Positions 46,898-60,409 are shown, counted from the first letter of the stretch. The stretch is DNA of 64,000 nucleotides from Lepidodermella squamata (GCA_047495785.1 JBLDXI010000011.1:620001-684000); one strand, 5' to 3'. Notes: generated by a model from the sequence alone, not told the origin. Numbers and translations: made by a program.

Positions 46898-48861
46898 ATG
46901 AGCAGTGATTTCAAAGGTAAGTGCTATTTTACCCAGAAAATCCGGAAAATCTTAATAATTTTTGTAGAAAAAATGAAAGACTCCGTCCTCGCTCACCAAA
47001 TATCGGCAAATCAGCAGCTTATGACACGCTATACGTCAAACGTTGGCCTCAAACTGCCTCCAATCCGAAACCAAAGCGGTTCCAATCGATCGAGCGAGAG
47101 CGGAAGTGCGAAAAAACAGCAGGTTAAAAATGCCCGAGTTCCGTATTCACAATTAGTTGCGAGCCATCATAACGCTGATGGCTTGACTACGCCGTTGCTA
47201 ATGACAGGCAATGGCCAGTTTTTCAACCCTTGGGGCCGGTCGTACGCGTATGGCAAATTATCCATGCCGGCCGCTTTCGCCCTAGGGACACCGGTGGTCG
47301 AAGTCGAAGGCCTGCATATACCTAAAGGTAAATAATTTGAGCGACATTTCTTTTTTTTCCATAAATCGTGGCGAAGCGGTGGTGGAAACCGATCAGTGGA
47401 AATCAGTATGTGTTACAGAAGTGTTTTACTTTTTTGCCAGATCGAAAACCTCCACCTCCTCGCGAGGAAGCGGCGGCTATCGATTGGGAAGCTCCTGATA
47501 ATTCCTGGTGGAAAAAAGAACGTAAGTTTGATATCCTTGTCCTGTTCGAACAGGTTATCAACAATTTGTATGAAATTAGGCGTAGCAATCAAACTTCGGC
47601 ATATTTTCTACGCCGGCTGGTTCATAGCCTGTCTCAAGGCAAACGTCGTAGCGGTAAGAATGGAATTTTCTAAAATTTGAAAAAAACTAAGAAATCGGCG
47701 TTCACTATTATCAGAAAGGCAAAGAGCATTCGGTGCAAGAAGTCTCAGACGAAGCGTACCTATTCGAAATTCTCATCAAAGAAATCATCCTAGCCATTCA
47801 TCGAATCTACCTCGACATCAACTCGGAAATGCGACGGCTGCTTGTTCAAATTATCAAAGCCGACGATCTGAGCGTAGCGATAACCGAGGCTAAGCAGAAT
47901 CGACCGTTATCACCGGCTTTCGAAGAGCTCGTCTACTTGTTGGAGAATATCGTCTATCAAATGACTTACATTTTGCCGGTCACTGGCGTTCTGGGTACGA
48001 ATTATCGGTCCTTCCTGATTAGCCTCATCAAAGATGGCCAACTTTTCCCGTTGGGGGAATTTTGGGGGATCGAAAAGGTAGGTAGAAATGCCATTCTCGA
48101 AGTTTTTTTCGGATTAAAACGAATTTATAAAGTAATTTCCAAACAATTCGAGACATATTTTGTAATTCTGAAGAAATGTTGATGATTCTTGCTATTCCTT
48201 CCAAGAAATGGCTAAAATTCGACTCTACTGGTCGAACTATTAACTCTGGCACGCAGCAATCGACACTGCTCATCAAAATGGTTTTCCTGGCCCGCGGCCT
48301 TGTTTGGACCCTCTTAATGCACCCTGAGGACTACGGCCTGGCTAAGAAAGAACCGGCGCTCAGCGGTGTATCGCGTCGCAACTTGCAACTTGTGGCCACA
48401 TTGCTGCTTTTCATCTACCGAAGGGCTATCATACCTCGTAACACTTACCGCATTCCGTTTCAGCCGAAGGAAATTTCGCATTTGCTCATGGATGACGATA
48501 CGATAAAGCCGCTGGTTGAGCGTATGGAAAATACGCTGCTTTACTGCGACGTGAGTTGGAATAAAATAATAATAAATCTACCTCAGGAACGAAAAGTTCT
48601 TCGATGTCTTCAAAGCGGATCTTTCCTAAGATTTCACTTCTTGGTATTTCAATAACGAATTTAGGGCTTTAATGGTCAATCATAATTAAATCTAACTGAG
48701 ATTGAGCAAACTTTTTATCTCTTTCTAAATTTCAGAGTTCAATAATCATTTACAATTAAACTCATTTTATTGCGAATTCCCATCTTCTAATTCCACAGGG
48801 TCTAATTCGCGAATGGTCGGAAGCCTATGTTCGAAAGCTCAAGCTGGTTGAGAAAAAATAG
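46898..48861 (+). CDS. Uncharacterised multi-exon intracellular protein
   Basis: About seven exons with strong GTAAGT/GTGAGT donors, in phase where checked. Stop at 48859-48861, then AATAAA. No family recognised. Confidence 0.6.
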
Positions 48862-48981
48862 AAAACTATTATTTCTGAAATTGAAATAAAAACTAAAAAA
48901 TCGTGCTTAATCATCGTTTTTTCGCAAAAATGAAACCTGCTCATCATAGAGAATAGGTAACTCTATTCTTACCTATTCTCT

Positions 48982-49743
48982 ATGATGGCAACATTGTGCG
49001 TTCGACAATCGGTCAACTTGGCCCGGTGCCAGGATGGGCCCTGCATCTGCGTATGTCGATTCTGCGGGAAATTATCCGATAAAAGCAGGAAAATCTATGC
49101 GAAAATATGCGAATGCAAAACTGGCAACGATATTTTCGCCCACAAGGATTGCCTTGAGAAACATTTGAGTAGTCGACCGAATATTGATTCCGGGGTCAAA
49201 AAGTTGGATTTGAAATGCGAAAAATGTCGGAAAAAGTTCAAGGTCATACTATGGGAGTCATCAAATTTATGCTCAAAAATTTTCGCAGTTTGCTTCCCAA
49301 TCATAGCAGCTGTTACTTTAGCAATCTTACTATGGCAGGGTTGCTTTATTTGGAACTTCTGCCGAGGCGAAACGAGACTCTTCAAAGGAGAAACGAGCGA
49401 AACAACTACAGCGATAATGACAAAAATTGAACCGGTAGTTGAGCGAAGATTCAATTATTCGATGATTGTAAAAGGTCGTCAAATTCGCATTTGTCAAAAT
49501 CCTCGGCTGAGGCCGAAATCGCCTGAAAGCTTCATCACCACCTTGATTGATCATGCGTGGCGCGATCGGGCTATTTGGATAGCTTTCGCCTCAATATGGC
49601 TCTTACTATTTATCACCGTGATGGCGACGGTTTTCGCGAATACTGTTCGAAACTGGTCGGCTGGAGACACTGTTCGGTTCAAAGCTTTCCAACCAAGCGT
49701 GAAGGTCATAAATACTGCGCCATTCAAGCGTGCAGAAAAATAA
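48982..49743 (+). CDS. MARCH-like RING-CH membrane E3 ubiquitin ligase
   Basis: C4HC3 pattern CRFC...CECK....AHKDCL...CEKC followed by two TM helices. Confidence 0.75.
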   Translation: MMATLCVRQSVNLARCQDGPCICVCRFCGKLSDKSRKIYAKICECKTGNDIFAHKDCLEKHLSSRPNIDSGVKKLDLKCEKCRKKFKVILWESSNLCSKIFAVCFPIIAAVTLAILLWQGCFIWNFCRGETRLFKGETSETTTAIMTKIEPVVERRFNYSMIVKGRQIRICQNPRLRPKSPESFITTLIDHAWRDRAIWIAFASIWLLLFITVMATVFANTVRNWSAGDTVRFKAFQPSVKVINTAPFKRAEK

Positions 49744-49921
49744 ACGACAACAATTAAATGTGTCCAGAATTAGGGCAATTTTTTGATGATTGAGAAAATT
49801 GACCTAATTCCGGACAACCACTGATCATGAACCTATAGCTCCAGTATAATAAACTTTATTCGCACAAAATAAATTCACTCGGACGCAGGTGGTCTTTTTG
49901 TGATGTTTCTTCAGTCCTTCA

Positions 49922-50794
49922 TCAATCGCAGCCTCCATTAGCGCAAACGTTCTTGAGGGTATGATGCGCCTCTTCGACGCCATGTTTAGCAGCATGTTTG
50001 ATAAGGTCGTGTGCCTCCCTTTAAAGAAAATTGAACTGTATTGTTATTCCTTATCTCAAAGAAGCTCACATACCCTGCTTTTAAATCTGTTTTCATGCCT
50101 TGAAGATGGCCAACCGCTAGATTGTAGGCAGCGTGTGGGTGGCCTTGATCGGCAGCCTTTCGGAAGTACTCCATGGCCTTGCCTTCGTGGCGCCTCGTTC
50201 CTTGGCCTCGCAAATACTTGTGGGCGACCACGTGTTGCGCATGGGCATAACCTAAAAAAAACCAAGAAAATCGGTAGTTTAGGCTTACAAGAGTCCTTTC
50301 TCATGGCCCTCGCTCCAGCTTAAGAAGCAGGGGAAATGGAGACAAGCTTGAAAGGTCCAGCATGGCGTAAAATTTCGGTCCCGAATTACCCTAAAAGCCC
50401 TCTATTTCGAGGAGCTACTCCATTTAAAGCGAATCTTACCCAAGTCAGCATAAACATGCGTGACATTGAAGTGCAAGTGGTCAAAGTAGAACCAGGCGTA
50501 GAGAGCCAATGTGACGGCCAGCACTATGGCGGCGACTTGCAACGCAACGCACCACCACGGATCCGGCTTGTCGACGATTTTACGCCCCGGCACCGAGTAG
50601 TACTTGAGTTTCTTCTCCCAGTCGGCGTCGTCGGGCGGTGGCGGCTCGTCATCGGGCGGCAGCAGTTCAGCCTCCTCGGCATCGAGGTCCAACACGCGTC
50701 TATGTGTCAGCTCGTTTTCGTAATCGGATAAGGCGTATCTCGAGCCGCCTTTTTCAGCCCCTCCGAGGCCGATTGAATGCAAGATACGTTCCAT
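49922..50794 (-). CDS. Single-pass membrane protein with SEL1-like repeats
   Basis: Three exons. TM helix, then GYAHAQHVVAHKYLRGQG...AMEYFRKAADQGHPHAAYNLAVGHLQG, ending CANGGCD*. Confidence 0.75.
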
Positions 50795-51503
50795 GTTTCT
50801 AGTTTTTTCTACTGAGGCCGGTAAAGAATATGTAAGAAGAGGAGTTGTGTATGCGTGGAAAGATCTTTTCTTCCATCTCCTTTGTCTCACCGCAAATCGA
50901 TTTCGGTAAATTATTCATGAAGTTTACTGCCAAGCAGGTATAGCCAGATGAATTGAATATGAACCATCTGTATCGATGGAAAGCCGTCGATTTGGCTACA
51001 CAGGAAAAAAGGCATGCATTCACTGTTCAAACGCACGAAACTCAGCATGCTGCGTAAATTTGAGGAAAAACTTGGAGGCATGAAATACAAGGACTTTAGC
51101 GACCCCAATCGAAGTTTTTTCTTGAAAGCTTGTAAATCATGGGCTTGATTATCACGCTTTTAAATGTGAAATTAAAAAGAACACACTGGATCGATATATA
51201 TTCTTCAGTTACTGAATTTCATACTTCAATATCATAAGTATCCAGAGGAGTTATCCAACCAATTTTGATCACATTTAATACCTCTTAGCATTGGATTAAG
51301 CAGAAAACGTTTTACATTGTTCAAAATTAGATCAATCATCGTTAATTGGACACAGTCGAATTGAGCATTTTGGTCTTAGAAAGGCTGCGGCACATCGTCC
51401 CAAATGCCAGTTTTTCGTCGCAGAAAGTTCTTCAGTTTTAAAAAGGACGAGACCAACAGAGAAAAGCGATGATTAAGTGCTGTGAAAATCATTTTTCAGT
51501 TCA

Positions 51504-51582
51504 GCATTGGAAGTGAAGCTGTAAGAATCCTCGCCTGTAACTCTAGAGTCTAGAGACCAGGGTTCGAATCCCAGCCAATGCG
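51504..51582 (+). pseudogene. tRNA-Gly-derived pseudogene
   Basis: Acceptor stem GCATTGG/CCAATGC, AGAATCCTCGCCTG and B-box GGTTCGAATCC. The anticodon stem is broken and carries a 7-nt duplication. TTTT follows. Confidence 0.65.
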
Positions 51583-51916
51583 TCATTTTCCCCCAAAAAA
51601 ATGTGCATGAGTTTGTTGCCTTTTCAAAAATTGCATGGAAAAGGATACGCATATAAGGTATAACACAGTCGAGACATGAGACGTAGCTAGGACGCCGCAG
51701 CTGGGCTTTTTACGACAAAAAAGTGAAATGAGAGATAATGAGGTCGAAGGTCGCGTTTTGAAAATAATGAGATGAATCATCTCATTATCTTTTGGCGCCA
51801 GATGTTGTGATGAAATTTCGAGAAAAAAAGAGTCTTTCATACGCCGTAAGTGCTACTTTGCAAGTGAAAAGATGAAAAAAATGCCACGATTAAAAAGATG
51901 AAACCATAGATCAATT

Positions 51917-52410
51917 TTAGAAAATCATGATTTTTATTGCTTCGGTAAATATTTTCACTATCACAAGCTTTGCTGAGCAAATCGGACGAAAATCGTCAAA
52001 AATAAAACGGAAAATAATTAGTCTTTTTTTGAATTGCTTTAGATTTGAACGCAGTGATAAGGAGGATGCTCCAAATTTTTCGCGATAAAATCTCACGGTT
52101 CTTCGTGCCAAGATGTATTTGAGGCGGCACAAAGTCGGGAGAATGATCGATTTTTCTTTGATTTTATTCAACTCGCCGCCCATACGATTTGCCAAATCAT
52201 CCAGCTTTTTGAAAGTAATCAAATCTTCACGGTACTTCGCTGAAAGAGCCACCTTAATGATGGCCACAACGTCGCTGGTAATTTAGCAAAGTAAATTGAC
52301 CAGTCGAAGGTTGACGATAGTAAATTCAATAGCAGGCTGTCATCCAATAACTCCAGACGAGAGTTTGCAAGGACAATTGCCACGACAATAACTGAGAGGA
52401 ACCCTCTCAT
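51917..52410 (-). other. Possible gene fragment with signal peptide (broken reading frame)
   Basis: MRGFLSVIVVAIVLA start plus a helical-looking ORF in another frame. Joining them needs a frameshift or an implausibly short 26-nt intron. Confidence 0.3.
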
Positions 52411-53942
52411 TCTTGAATCTTCTTCAGTTCCAACTTCAATAAATTTCCTTCTAAATTGAAAGTAGGACCAGGTAAAATTGAAAAATCCGGCAGAAGCTCC
52501 CGCCTACAGAACATTTTCCATCAAAAAATTTCAAGTAAATAAATTGATAAAAAATCTTCTTTTAACGTGACCATAGGGCCAAGTTCAGGTCCATTCTAGC
52601 TAGCTCTATCAATTTAGATGGTGAAAAATGAAGCCCAGCAGAGGAACAAAGTGAACTGGAACTTGTCAAGTAGGCCAACTTTGGTTCAAGAATGATTACC
52701 AGAATCCATCGATAAATCACTAGATTCTTTCCAGAAAGTCGTCGGTAAAAGTGCCAGTAACATCAGCTACGGTAAGAATGGCAAAGGCCGGTGATTTTGA
52801 CCAAAACTTGTATAAGAACCAGCCATGTAACACCCGGGTCGGAATTTACACCAGTCAGCCTTAAAAGAGGCTTTATTACGCTCGGATTTCGAGTAGAAAA
52901 AGACGAAAATTATTGTACTAAAATGAGAACTAACACTTTTACTCAAGCTGTGTTCTCTCTTCAAGTTGCGCAACATACATAAAATTTTCGCATTTTAATG
53001 AAAATTGAATCGTTTCCTAGATTTTAATCAGGAAATCCTGAAAACTGAATCCAGCCTAGACCTTTTCGTGGCTTATTCAGAAACTTCGAAATCTTCTCCG
53101 AGGCTGGAACCTGGATCCAGCTTGGTAACTATAGAACCGGAACATTTCTTCTCCTTTTTGAAATTGACCCCGCTTTAATTTATAAAAATTTCAGGGATTA
53201 TTCAATTTTCTTTTCTTTTCAAACCCTGAAATTTTAATTTTTACAGTATAAGAATATTCTTGAATATTCATGCATGAGACCAGCATGACACCCCCGTTTG
53301 CATGGCGGGATTCAAGCTGCTGCGTCCTAGCTACGTCTCATGAGTCGAGAGTGTCCAGGCCTATTCTGGGTTTTTAGACCAGGAAGAGGCCCAAAAGAGT
53401 TTTCAGTGCATTTTCCGTGGATTTTTGCCGGGCCTAGAAAAGGCCTAAAACTGGCCTGAGATTGTTTACTAATTTTTCTATTTTTCGATCAGATAGAATG
53501 GCGAAGCTGCGATTATTGGCCCCGTTTCAGGCGAATCAATCAAAACCAAGCCAAGTACGGAAGAACGAAGAAAACGCTAGTGTCCCCTTATAGATCCATA
53601 AAGGTAGTAAATGCACTGATATTTCTTAATTCCAATTTAAGATTCCACTTTCAGCAAGCCTACAGCCAACAAGACGCCCTCATCGAACAAAGCACAAAGC
53701 AATGAAAGCAAGAACGAATCAGCCGGGGATACTCCCAATGAGGAATAGAATCGTTTATTTGAATGAAGACTACCAATTCGACTACGAAGTGAGCTCATGA
53801 GGGTACGTATCTTTATTCTCAGATTACCCAGAACAACGCTTACTCGTCAAGCGAGGACGAGGACAGCGATAGAGAGATTGGCTTGGCTTCAACTATCATT
53901 CGCGTTTAAGCTTTCTCGGGCTATTCTAATATTGCTAATTAA

Positions 53943-54330
53943 TTTTTTTTTTATTTACGGCGGGGCCGTGGCCCCGGTTTTTCGGAGGCGCTTCTGATGG
54001 TGGGGCACTTCCTCCTAGACAGTTGCCAGCTGTCCCCCCATTGCTCGCCGCTGGTTTTTCACCGCAGCTCTCCCGTGTGCTACCTTTGAGGCGGGGGAAG
54101 TGATGATGGGTCACTGCACACGTGTAACCTACGCCCGCCCCATCGCGAGCCTCAAGCAAGTGTTTCAACTTGTACTCGAGTACCGGAATTTTTTATTTTA
54201 TCCAGCGACTTCGGTCGGCCGCTGTCGTGAGCACAAATTCTTGTGCAGACTCGGGCGTTGAACCCGTGCCTCACTAGAACCACACTAGCATACCCTATGC
54301 TAGTCGCCTAACCACTAGGCCACTGTGTCA
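53943..54330 (-). mobile_element. tRNA-derived SINE (~390 bp)
   Basis: On the minus strand: A-box TGGCCTAGTGG, B-box-like GGGTTCAACGCCC, GC-rich body, and AATAAAAAAAAAA tail. Confidence 0.7.
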
Positions 54331-54854
54331 CTATATGGAATTTTAATGGAATATATAAAAAATAAAGTTGAACGCTGAATGCAACTCAGGTGTATTATAT
54401 AAGTGTAAAACGGGTGGCAATGCAAGGAGGACCGAAGGGCACTCTGCACTCTTTTTATGAATTTATGCCTGAAACAGGCCCAGAATAGGCCAGGCCCTGG
54501 GTCTCTCAAAATTTAAAAGTCTAAAAGTCTGCAAAACGTAGGCCTGAAGCGGGCCTTTTCCAGGTATTTCGTCTCCCGACTGGGAAATTACATATCTCAC
54601 TAGTTTTAGCAAAATTGAGAATGAGAATTGTTAACAAAAATCATGGACAGCATTTTAGTCATCAATGTTTTCTCTCGAACCCCATTCTAACGAAAATTCG
54701 AGGACAGTTAACCGCAAAATAGATCTATCGGCCGGAGAAAACGGCTTTGAAAAATTCCTCATGGTTATGAACTTATTGAAAAAGTGCGATGCAAAAAAAT
54801 ATTGCGCATACTGTGGAAATGGTTTCAAATTTATGTAGCCGATCGGGGATTAAA

Positions 54855-55342
54855 TAAGTGCACCACCTAAAATGAGGTTCCAGCACTAAATTTGTGAGTG
54901 CGTCCACCTAAAATGCAAACAGGCGGCACTAAATCTTCGCGCCACCTAAATAATGAATCCAGCACTAAATAATCGGTGTGGCACTAAATAATAGCTTAGG
55001 CGCGCCGCCGAGCAATATTTAAGGCGGCTCAGTCATCATATCATCAACTGCATCATCATCATCTCGTCATTATTATTTCTTGGTTATTATTCTGAAATGG
55101 AGGAAGTGCCCCTCTTAATCATCGATACGGCCGAAAATCTGCCGCCGCCGCAACCAGCCAGTCGTCGACGCGGCAAGGAGCAGGTCTGGACGTGTGTTCA
55201 ACAGTTTGAGGACGAGGAGGCTGCCGACGATCACGTCGCGGACACCGGCACAGCTTGGTGGTGGAATAACGGCCGCTCGTACCTCACCAACCGCGGCATG
55301 ATGCACTTTTTCAAATTTATTCGGCGTTTTCAAAAGTCGTAA
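54855..55342 (+). mobile_element. Probable DNA transposon left end with truncated ORF
   Basis: Reiterated (G/C)CAC(C)TAAA motifs at 54860-54990 followed by a GC-rich 81-aa ORF that stops abruptly. Family not assignable. Confidence 0.3.
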
Positions 55343-55622
55343 TTCCTCATTCAAAGAACATGGCTATTAAAAAAAGTCAAACAAAAAAACACATAAACCG
55401 CTGGCTATTGACCAAATGATGATCATAACAATTGCCGGTTTTTGATATAATGAACTGTGTTGTTTACCAACCAACCATCAACCAACTTGCAACTAGCAAC
55501 AAATGCTAGCCTATTTATGAAGCACGTTGTCTATGAGCTGGCTGTTTTTTTAGCCTTGCATAGCTATACAACATAGAGAAAACATCACTATCAGCTCATT
55601 TTTCTCTATGAGCTATAGAAAA

Positions 55623-58600
55623 ATGCATTTAATCATGATCAGCTTTTTTCTTACCGCCATTCGATTGCGTCACTCTGGCGTGGCTTGCTGCCCAGCTGCT
55701 AGCCCTCTCCAGCAAACGTTTAATTGCCCGCCGTCAGCCTGCATAGTCGGTCAAGTTTGTCGCAGTCCTAACCTAACGACGCCATCAGCCTGCGCGGCTG
55801 GGCTATCATGCTACTCTTCTGCCGGTTGTCCGTCGGGGCAAACTTGTTCTTCTTCGTTGTCGGTAAATTTTAAATACAGCAAACTAGAAAAAATTGCTGG
55901 CATTCAGAAATTGCTGACATATCGAAATTGTTGACGCATTAAATTGTACGATCGAAACGTAAATTCAAATTACGATCAGTGCGATCAGTGCTCAAACAAA
56001 CCGAGCGTACTCCTTCACGTTCGGCTCGTCAAAGTACGATCGAATGAATCATATAAGTGGCTGTTCTGGCGCGTCGCTAACGATATATCATTTTCTTCAT
56101 CATTAGCGGCCAATTCCAAAATTGAAGTATAAACAGACCCAACATCTCGAAAACGAAGCTGGGTGGCCAAAGTGTTCACTTGATCCACTGTCCTGTGCAT
56201 AGATCATAGATAAAGGTTAGGATGTGAAACGTGAAACTCTCGATCCTCTAATGTTGTGTGATTTTGTCTAGCTTCTCCACTTATAACCGCAATTTCAAGA
56301 AATTGATTGCCGGGTAGGATTTTCTTATAAATTACATCTGGAGATACAGGGTGTTCAAGAAATAATATCTAATCTAATTATAGAATGAACTTTAACCAGA
56401 CAGCACGCGATACGCATTTCCAAATTTAGAAAGAAACTGGACGGCGTGTTACTCGAGTTTTTGAACTAATAGTTTTTGACGAGCAAGAAAATACGTGCCC
56501 AGTTCAACAGATGTCACTCGTTGAAAGTTCAATGCTAAATATAGCTAGCCATTATTTCTTGAAACGAGTAAACGAAGACGAGTGAAAAACGAGCAAGCGG
56601 AACGAGGCGCAGCCGAGTGGAGCGCGAGTATTTTACAAGTCGAAGTTTACGAGAGGGAGCGTTTTCGGATTAGGATCAAAACGAGTGATCTAACATTATT
56701 AGAGCACGGCTTCTAATTTTCAAGGACTGAGTTACGCAAGTTTTTCACCTTTTAATCAAATTTTCTGCTGTAATTGAGCATCAACTAGTACCTCGCCGAA
56801 CATGCCCAGCTCATCGAAATTATTACCAACATCGATAGCGTATCCAATTTACTGAAGTCGCTGCAACCATGCCAATTTGTGCTAGTTTTGCAACGCTCGC
56901 ATTATTGCTAACACAGTGTGTTAGTCTGTGCGTGTGTTAGTTTTTTTATTGAGGGCAATAATTTTACACTCGCCGCACGAAGAATGAGTCTCTTGGTTGG
57001 CGAAACTACGTTCAATAAACAATGGGCAGAGAAAAAATGGCTTGAAAAAGTAGGAAACGTTGAAACTCGTCTCCACACTCGTTTCAACGTCTCATCTAGG
57101 CTCGCTTCACTCGCCTTCCACAGCCTGACTCGGCTTCGCCTCGTTTTTTTTGGTTTACAGGCATCGCTGCGCTCGCCTTTGATAACCTCGGCTATCGCCT
57201 CGGTTATTCACAGCGTTTTGTGTGTGCAATAAAAATGAAAAATTATTGCTGAGCGTAAAAATGCGTTGCTGTTTTATGAATGAGTAATTACGCGCAATAA
57301 AATAAGGTGCGTGTTCTAATTCACTAATTAGAACAACGCACGTGTTCTAAGTGAAAAAACTCAAAATTAGAAATAGTGCGATTTGCATTGTACAAATTGG
57401 AAGCAGTGCTCTAATGCATTTTTAATGTCCACGCACGCGTTGCTTTAATATAAGCACGTTTTTGTTAACTTGGTAGATGATGACCTTTGCACCGCGAGAT
57501 TTTGACAACATTAGAAGATCGAGAGTTTCACATCTTAACCTTTATCTATGGTCTTGCGGGTGCAGATCCGGATCTTTAGTTAGCCCTAAGTAATATGTCA
57601 GTGGATATCAGTGGACCAGAGGCCACTTATGATGAAGCGTTACTGCATTTCCGGCCCGGTGCCTTCCACAGTTCATCGGCGCGCAATTTCCATCGCTTCG
57701 ATGCCCGCTAAGCTCGTTCCGCCTCACCAACAGGTTACACGCGGTTAGTGTCCAGTCACGTCGTCTATATTCGGATGCTCATATTGGGAAATCAATTCTC
57801 GGATATCTGCAAAATATTGTTTCCATCGTGTATAGAATGTAGAGCTGGAATTTCTGAGTAAAACGAGGTTAGACTCTTTTAGGATCTCAAACCTAACGGG
57901 TCGGCTGTAGATGGGCTCAAACAGCAAAAAATGCCTGAAAATCGCCGAATTTGATAAGTTTCAGGGGTCTCGATCTGCGGCAAATCACTATTTCCACTAC
58001 TTTCCAAAAACATTTTTTAAAATATATTTTTCTCAGATTATGAAAGCGAAATAATTGATACAAATTCCAAGGACGATTTTGGTGACCTGTGAACAGAGCA
58101 ATTAGTGCCCGCATGAAAGACAAACCAGCGTCGTTTGGAGTCTAGAGTCTAGAACAAGTTTTGCCATTTGAATCCGTTTTTATGGTTCCGATGAAATATA
58201 TTGTGAAGAACAGTGACCCAAAGTCTTTTTTGAACCATTAAAGCCGAAGATATTTTTCCGAATTCTTATTACATTATTTTGTATTTCTGCAGTCGTATCC
58301 AGTGTGCCAAGTCGATACGAAAGGTGGCCCAGGCGTGGCGTTGACAGGCACTAATGGCCTTAAATACTGCTCATCCGATGGCTGCGTTTTGGGAGGATCG
58401 GTAAGTTCTTGCAACGAAAGAGAACAGTATGCCATTAAACACATGAAGTACGGCTTCCCATGATATGACGTCGAATTAATTAACAAGAGTAGCAGCAAAG
58501 CTGCCGCAGTAGCAGCGCTGGGGCAAGTTTTGAGACTGATGAGAACGATAAAGTTAGTTCTACCTTAACACTACTGGGCAGGGCCTTGAAAGATCCAAGA

Positions 58601-60195
58601 TTCGCAGCAACCTCTCCATGTCGTGACGCTACGGCAGAACTACTTAGTCAAAATCGGACTCTTTGCATGGGAAATTCCCTCTATTAGGGCCCTGTGAGTA
58701 TCCTTATTCACCGATTTCCAAAATGTACCTGAATTCAGCCTCAAAAAGTGAAACTGAGACATTAATTTTAGTTTATTTTGCCTATGGTCAAATTGTATTG
58801 CTATCGAATCCATATGACTTTCTATTGTCACCTAAGCGGTTACCTGAGCACCAACCATGAGAAAACAATGGGATTTTGAAAAAACAAAGAGTTAGAACTA
58901 ATGTTTCGGCTCTCCCAGGTGAAATACGATTGTTCCTGTATTGCTGATGCTCCCGAACTGTGCCCAGGAATTATTGAGATTTCGGAGTGAAATTAATGCC
59001 CACGAATTCAGATATACCGGAAATGCATGCCTTAGAATTACGATGATATTTTTTCCGGTGTAGGAAAATGATCTGGACTTTTCTTTTTTTGTTAAAAAGG
59101 TTATTTTTGTTTGATATTATCCTTACAACTGGATATTGGGCATCTTGAAAGGTTCGACCTATCACCTAAAAATGCACCCACTGGACTCGTTGAAATATGG
59201 GTTTTTACTCATTTTAAAAGTAATTTTGAGGAAGAAATGTTCAGCTAACCGCTTCTGGAACCCCTTACAAATAGACAAAAACGCGCACGTATTTAAGTGC
59301 GAATATACCGACCCTTTTTCTAAGCAGTACTTTTTGCTCTTTTCACTAACAGGCCCTCAGTGATCCGCCCGCTGCTAGTTCGTTCCAAGCATGCTGCAGC
59401 TTGATCGCTGCACCCGGTACGCTTGTCCTTGACACTTTCGGCAACGGCGGCGTCAGCTATGTCGAACTGGATTATTTGCCTAATACTGCTTATAGAACGA
59501 TATACCCAGTCACTGTGGCGTGTTTTGCCGGTCAAGATTCCAAGCCGTACAAAGCATGTTTGAAGACAGGTGGCACCCTTCAGAACAATGCCTATTGCTT
59601 GCAATTCCCCCACTCGTGTGAGGGCACCGACGTCATCGATACAAATGCCGTAAGATTTATACATCTATACCTGCAGTATAATGCCCAGACTGTATCTGAC
59701 AAAAGGGCGACAAATAGCTTTTTTGTCTTTTTGAGGTTTCGCACACTGTTTCGACAATTTAACATATGATTTTGCTGACAATTTTCAGTTCCTCTCATTT
59801 CTAGTCAAGTCAAAGACGGGAAATCCGGGTATGCAAAAGATAAGAGGGTGAAAAACTTCATTTTTCCCCGCAGCATCGAATTGCATGTAAATTGACCCGG
59901 ATTATCCGTCTTTTCGGATTTCCTGCCCGATTTTTCGGCCGTCCCTTAGATGACGCCAAATCGGGGTTTCACTCTGTATTTGGCTTCATCATCTAACTCT
60001 GCTAACAAATGTTTAAATTTACAATTCCAGCCAGACTACCGCGCCGGAGTGATAACTAATGGTCAATCTTTTGAAGAATGCTGTCACGGCATCGGTGTCT
60101 TTTCAATTTCATTCGCCTCAACTTCCGCCGGACCCTTGGGCCTGACTGCTTTGAATGTTCGCATACCTAAATGCCTAGGGCAGAAACTATCGTAA
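55623..60195 (+). CDS. Cys-rich secreted protein family, divergent copy 4 (~270 aa)
   Basis: Exons 55623-55862, 58293-58400, 59353-59649, 60031-60195, all phase 0. CPSGQTC, YPVC...LKYC, SFQACC, YCLQFP and SFEECC match copies 1-3 exon for exon. Confidence 0.75.
56198..57550. mobile_element. P-element-like non-autonomous element with a nested TIR element (intronic)
   Basis: ~50-bp TIRs starting CATAGATAAAGGTTA. Degenerate 8-bp TSD GTCCTGTG/GTCTTGCG. Nested TAGAGCAC...GTGCTCTA element at ~56700-57413. Confidence 0.65.
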
Positions 60196-60409
60196 CTATT
60201 GAAAATGCACTGCCTTGGCGATATATTTATTCTCTGAACGCATCACAAACTGAATAAAACTGAATAAAGTATGCCACTTTGAAGGACAAATTCGAAATGT
60301 TGCATCCAGATTTCAGATTCTGACTCTGAAAGTGAGTATTATCTTCTTGTAGAGCAATTAGTATTATCAACAAGCCTCCAGTCACAATCAGTGCTCCGAG
60401 CACGGGGAT

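Noticed and set aside
48982-50794. MARCH E3 and SEL1-repeat neighbours as an ERAD-like functional pair
   Set aside because: They are convergent neighbours only; the SEL1 protein is small and unlike SEL1L, and adjacency is weak evidence in an animal genome.
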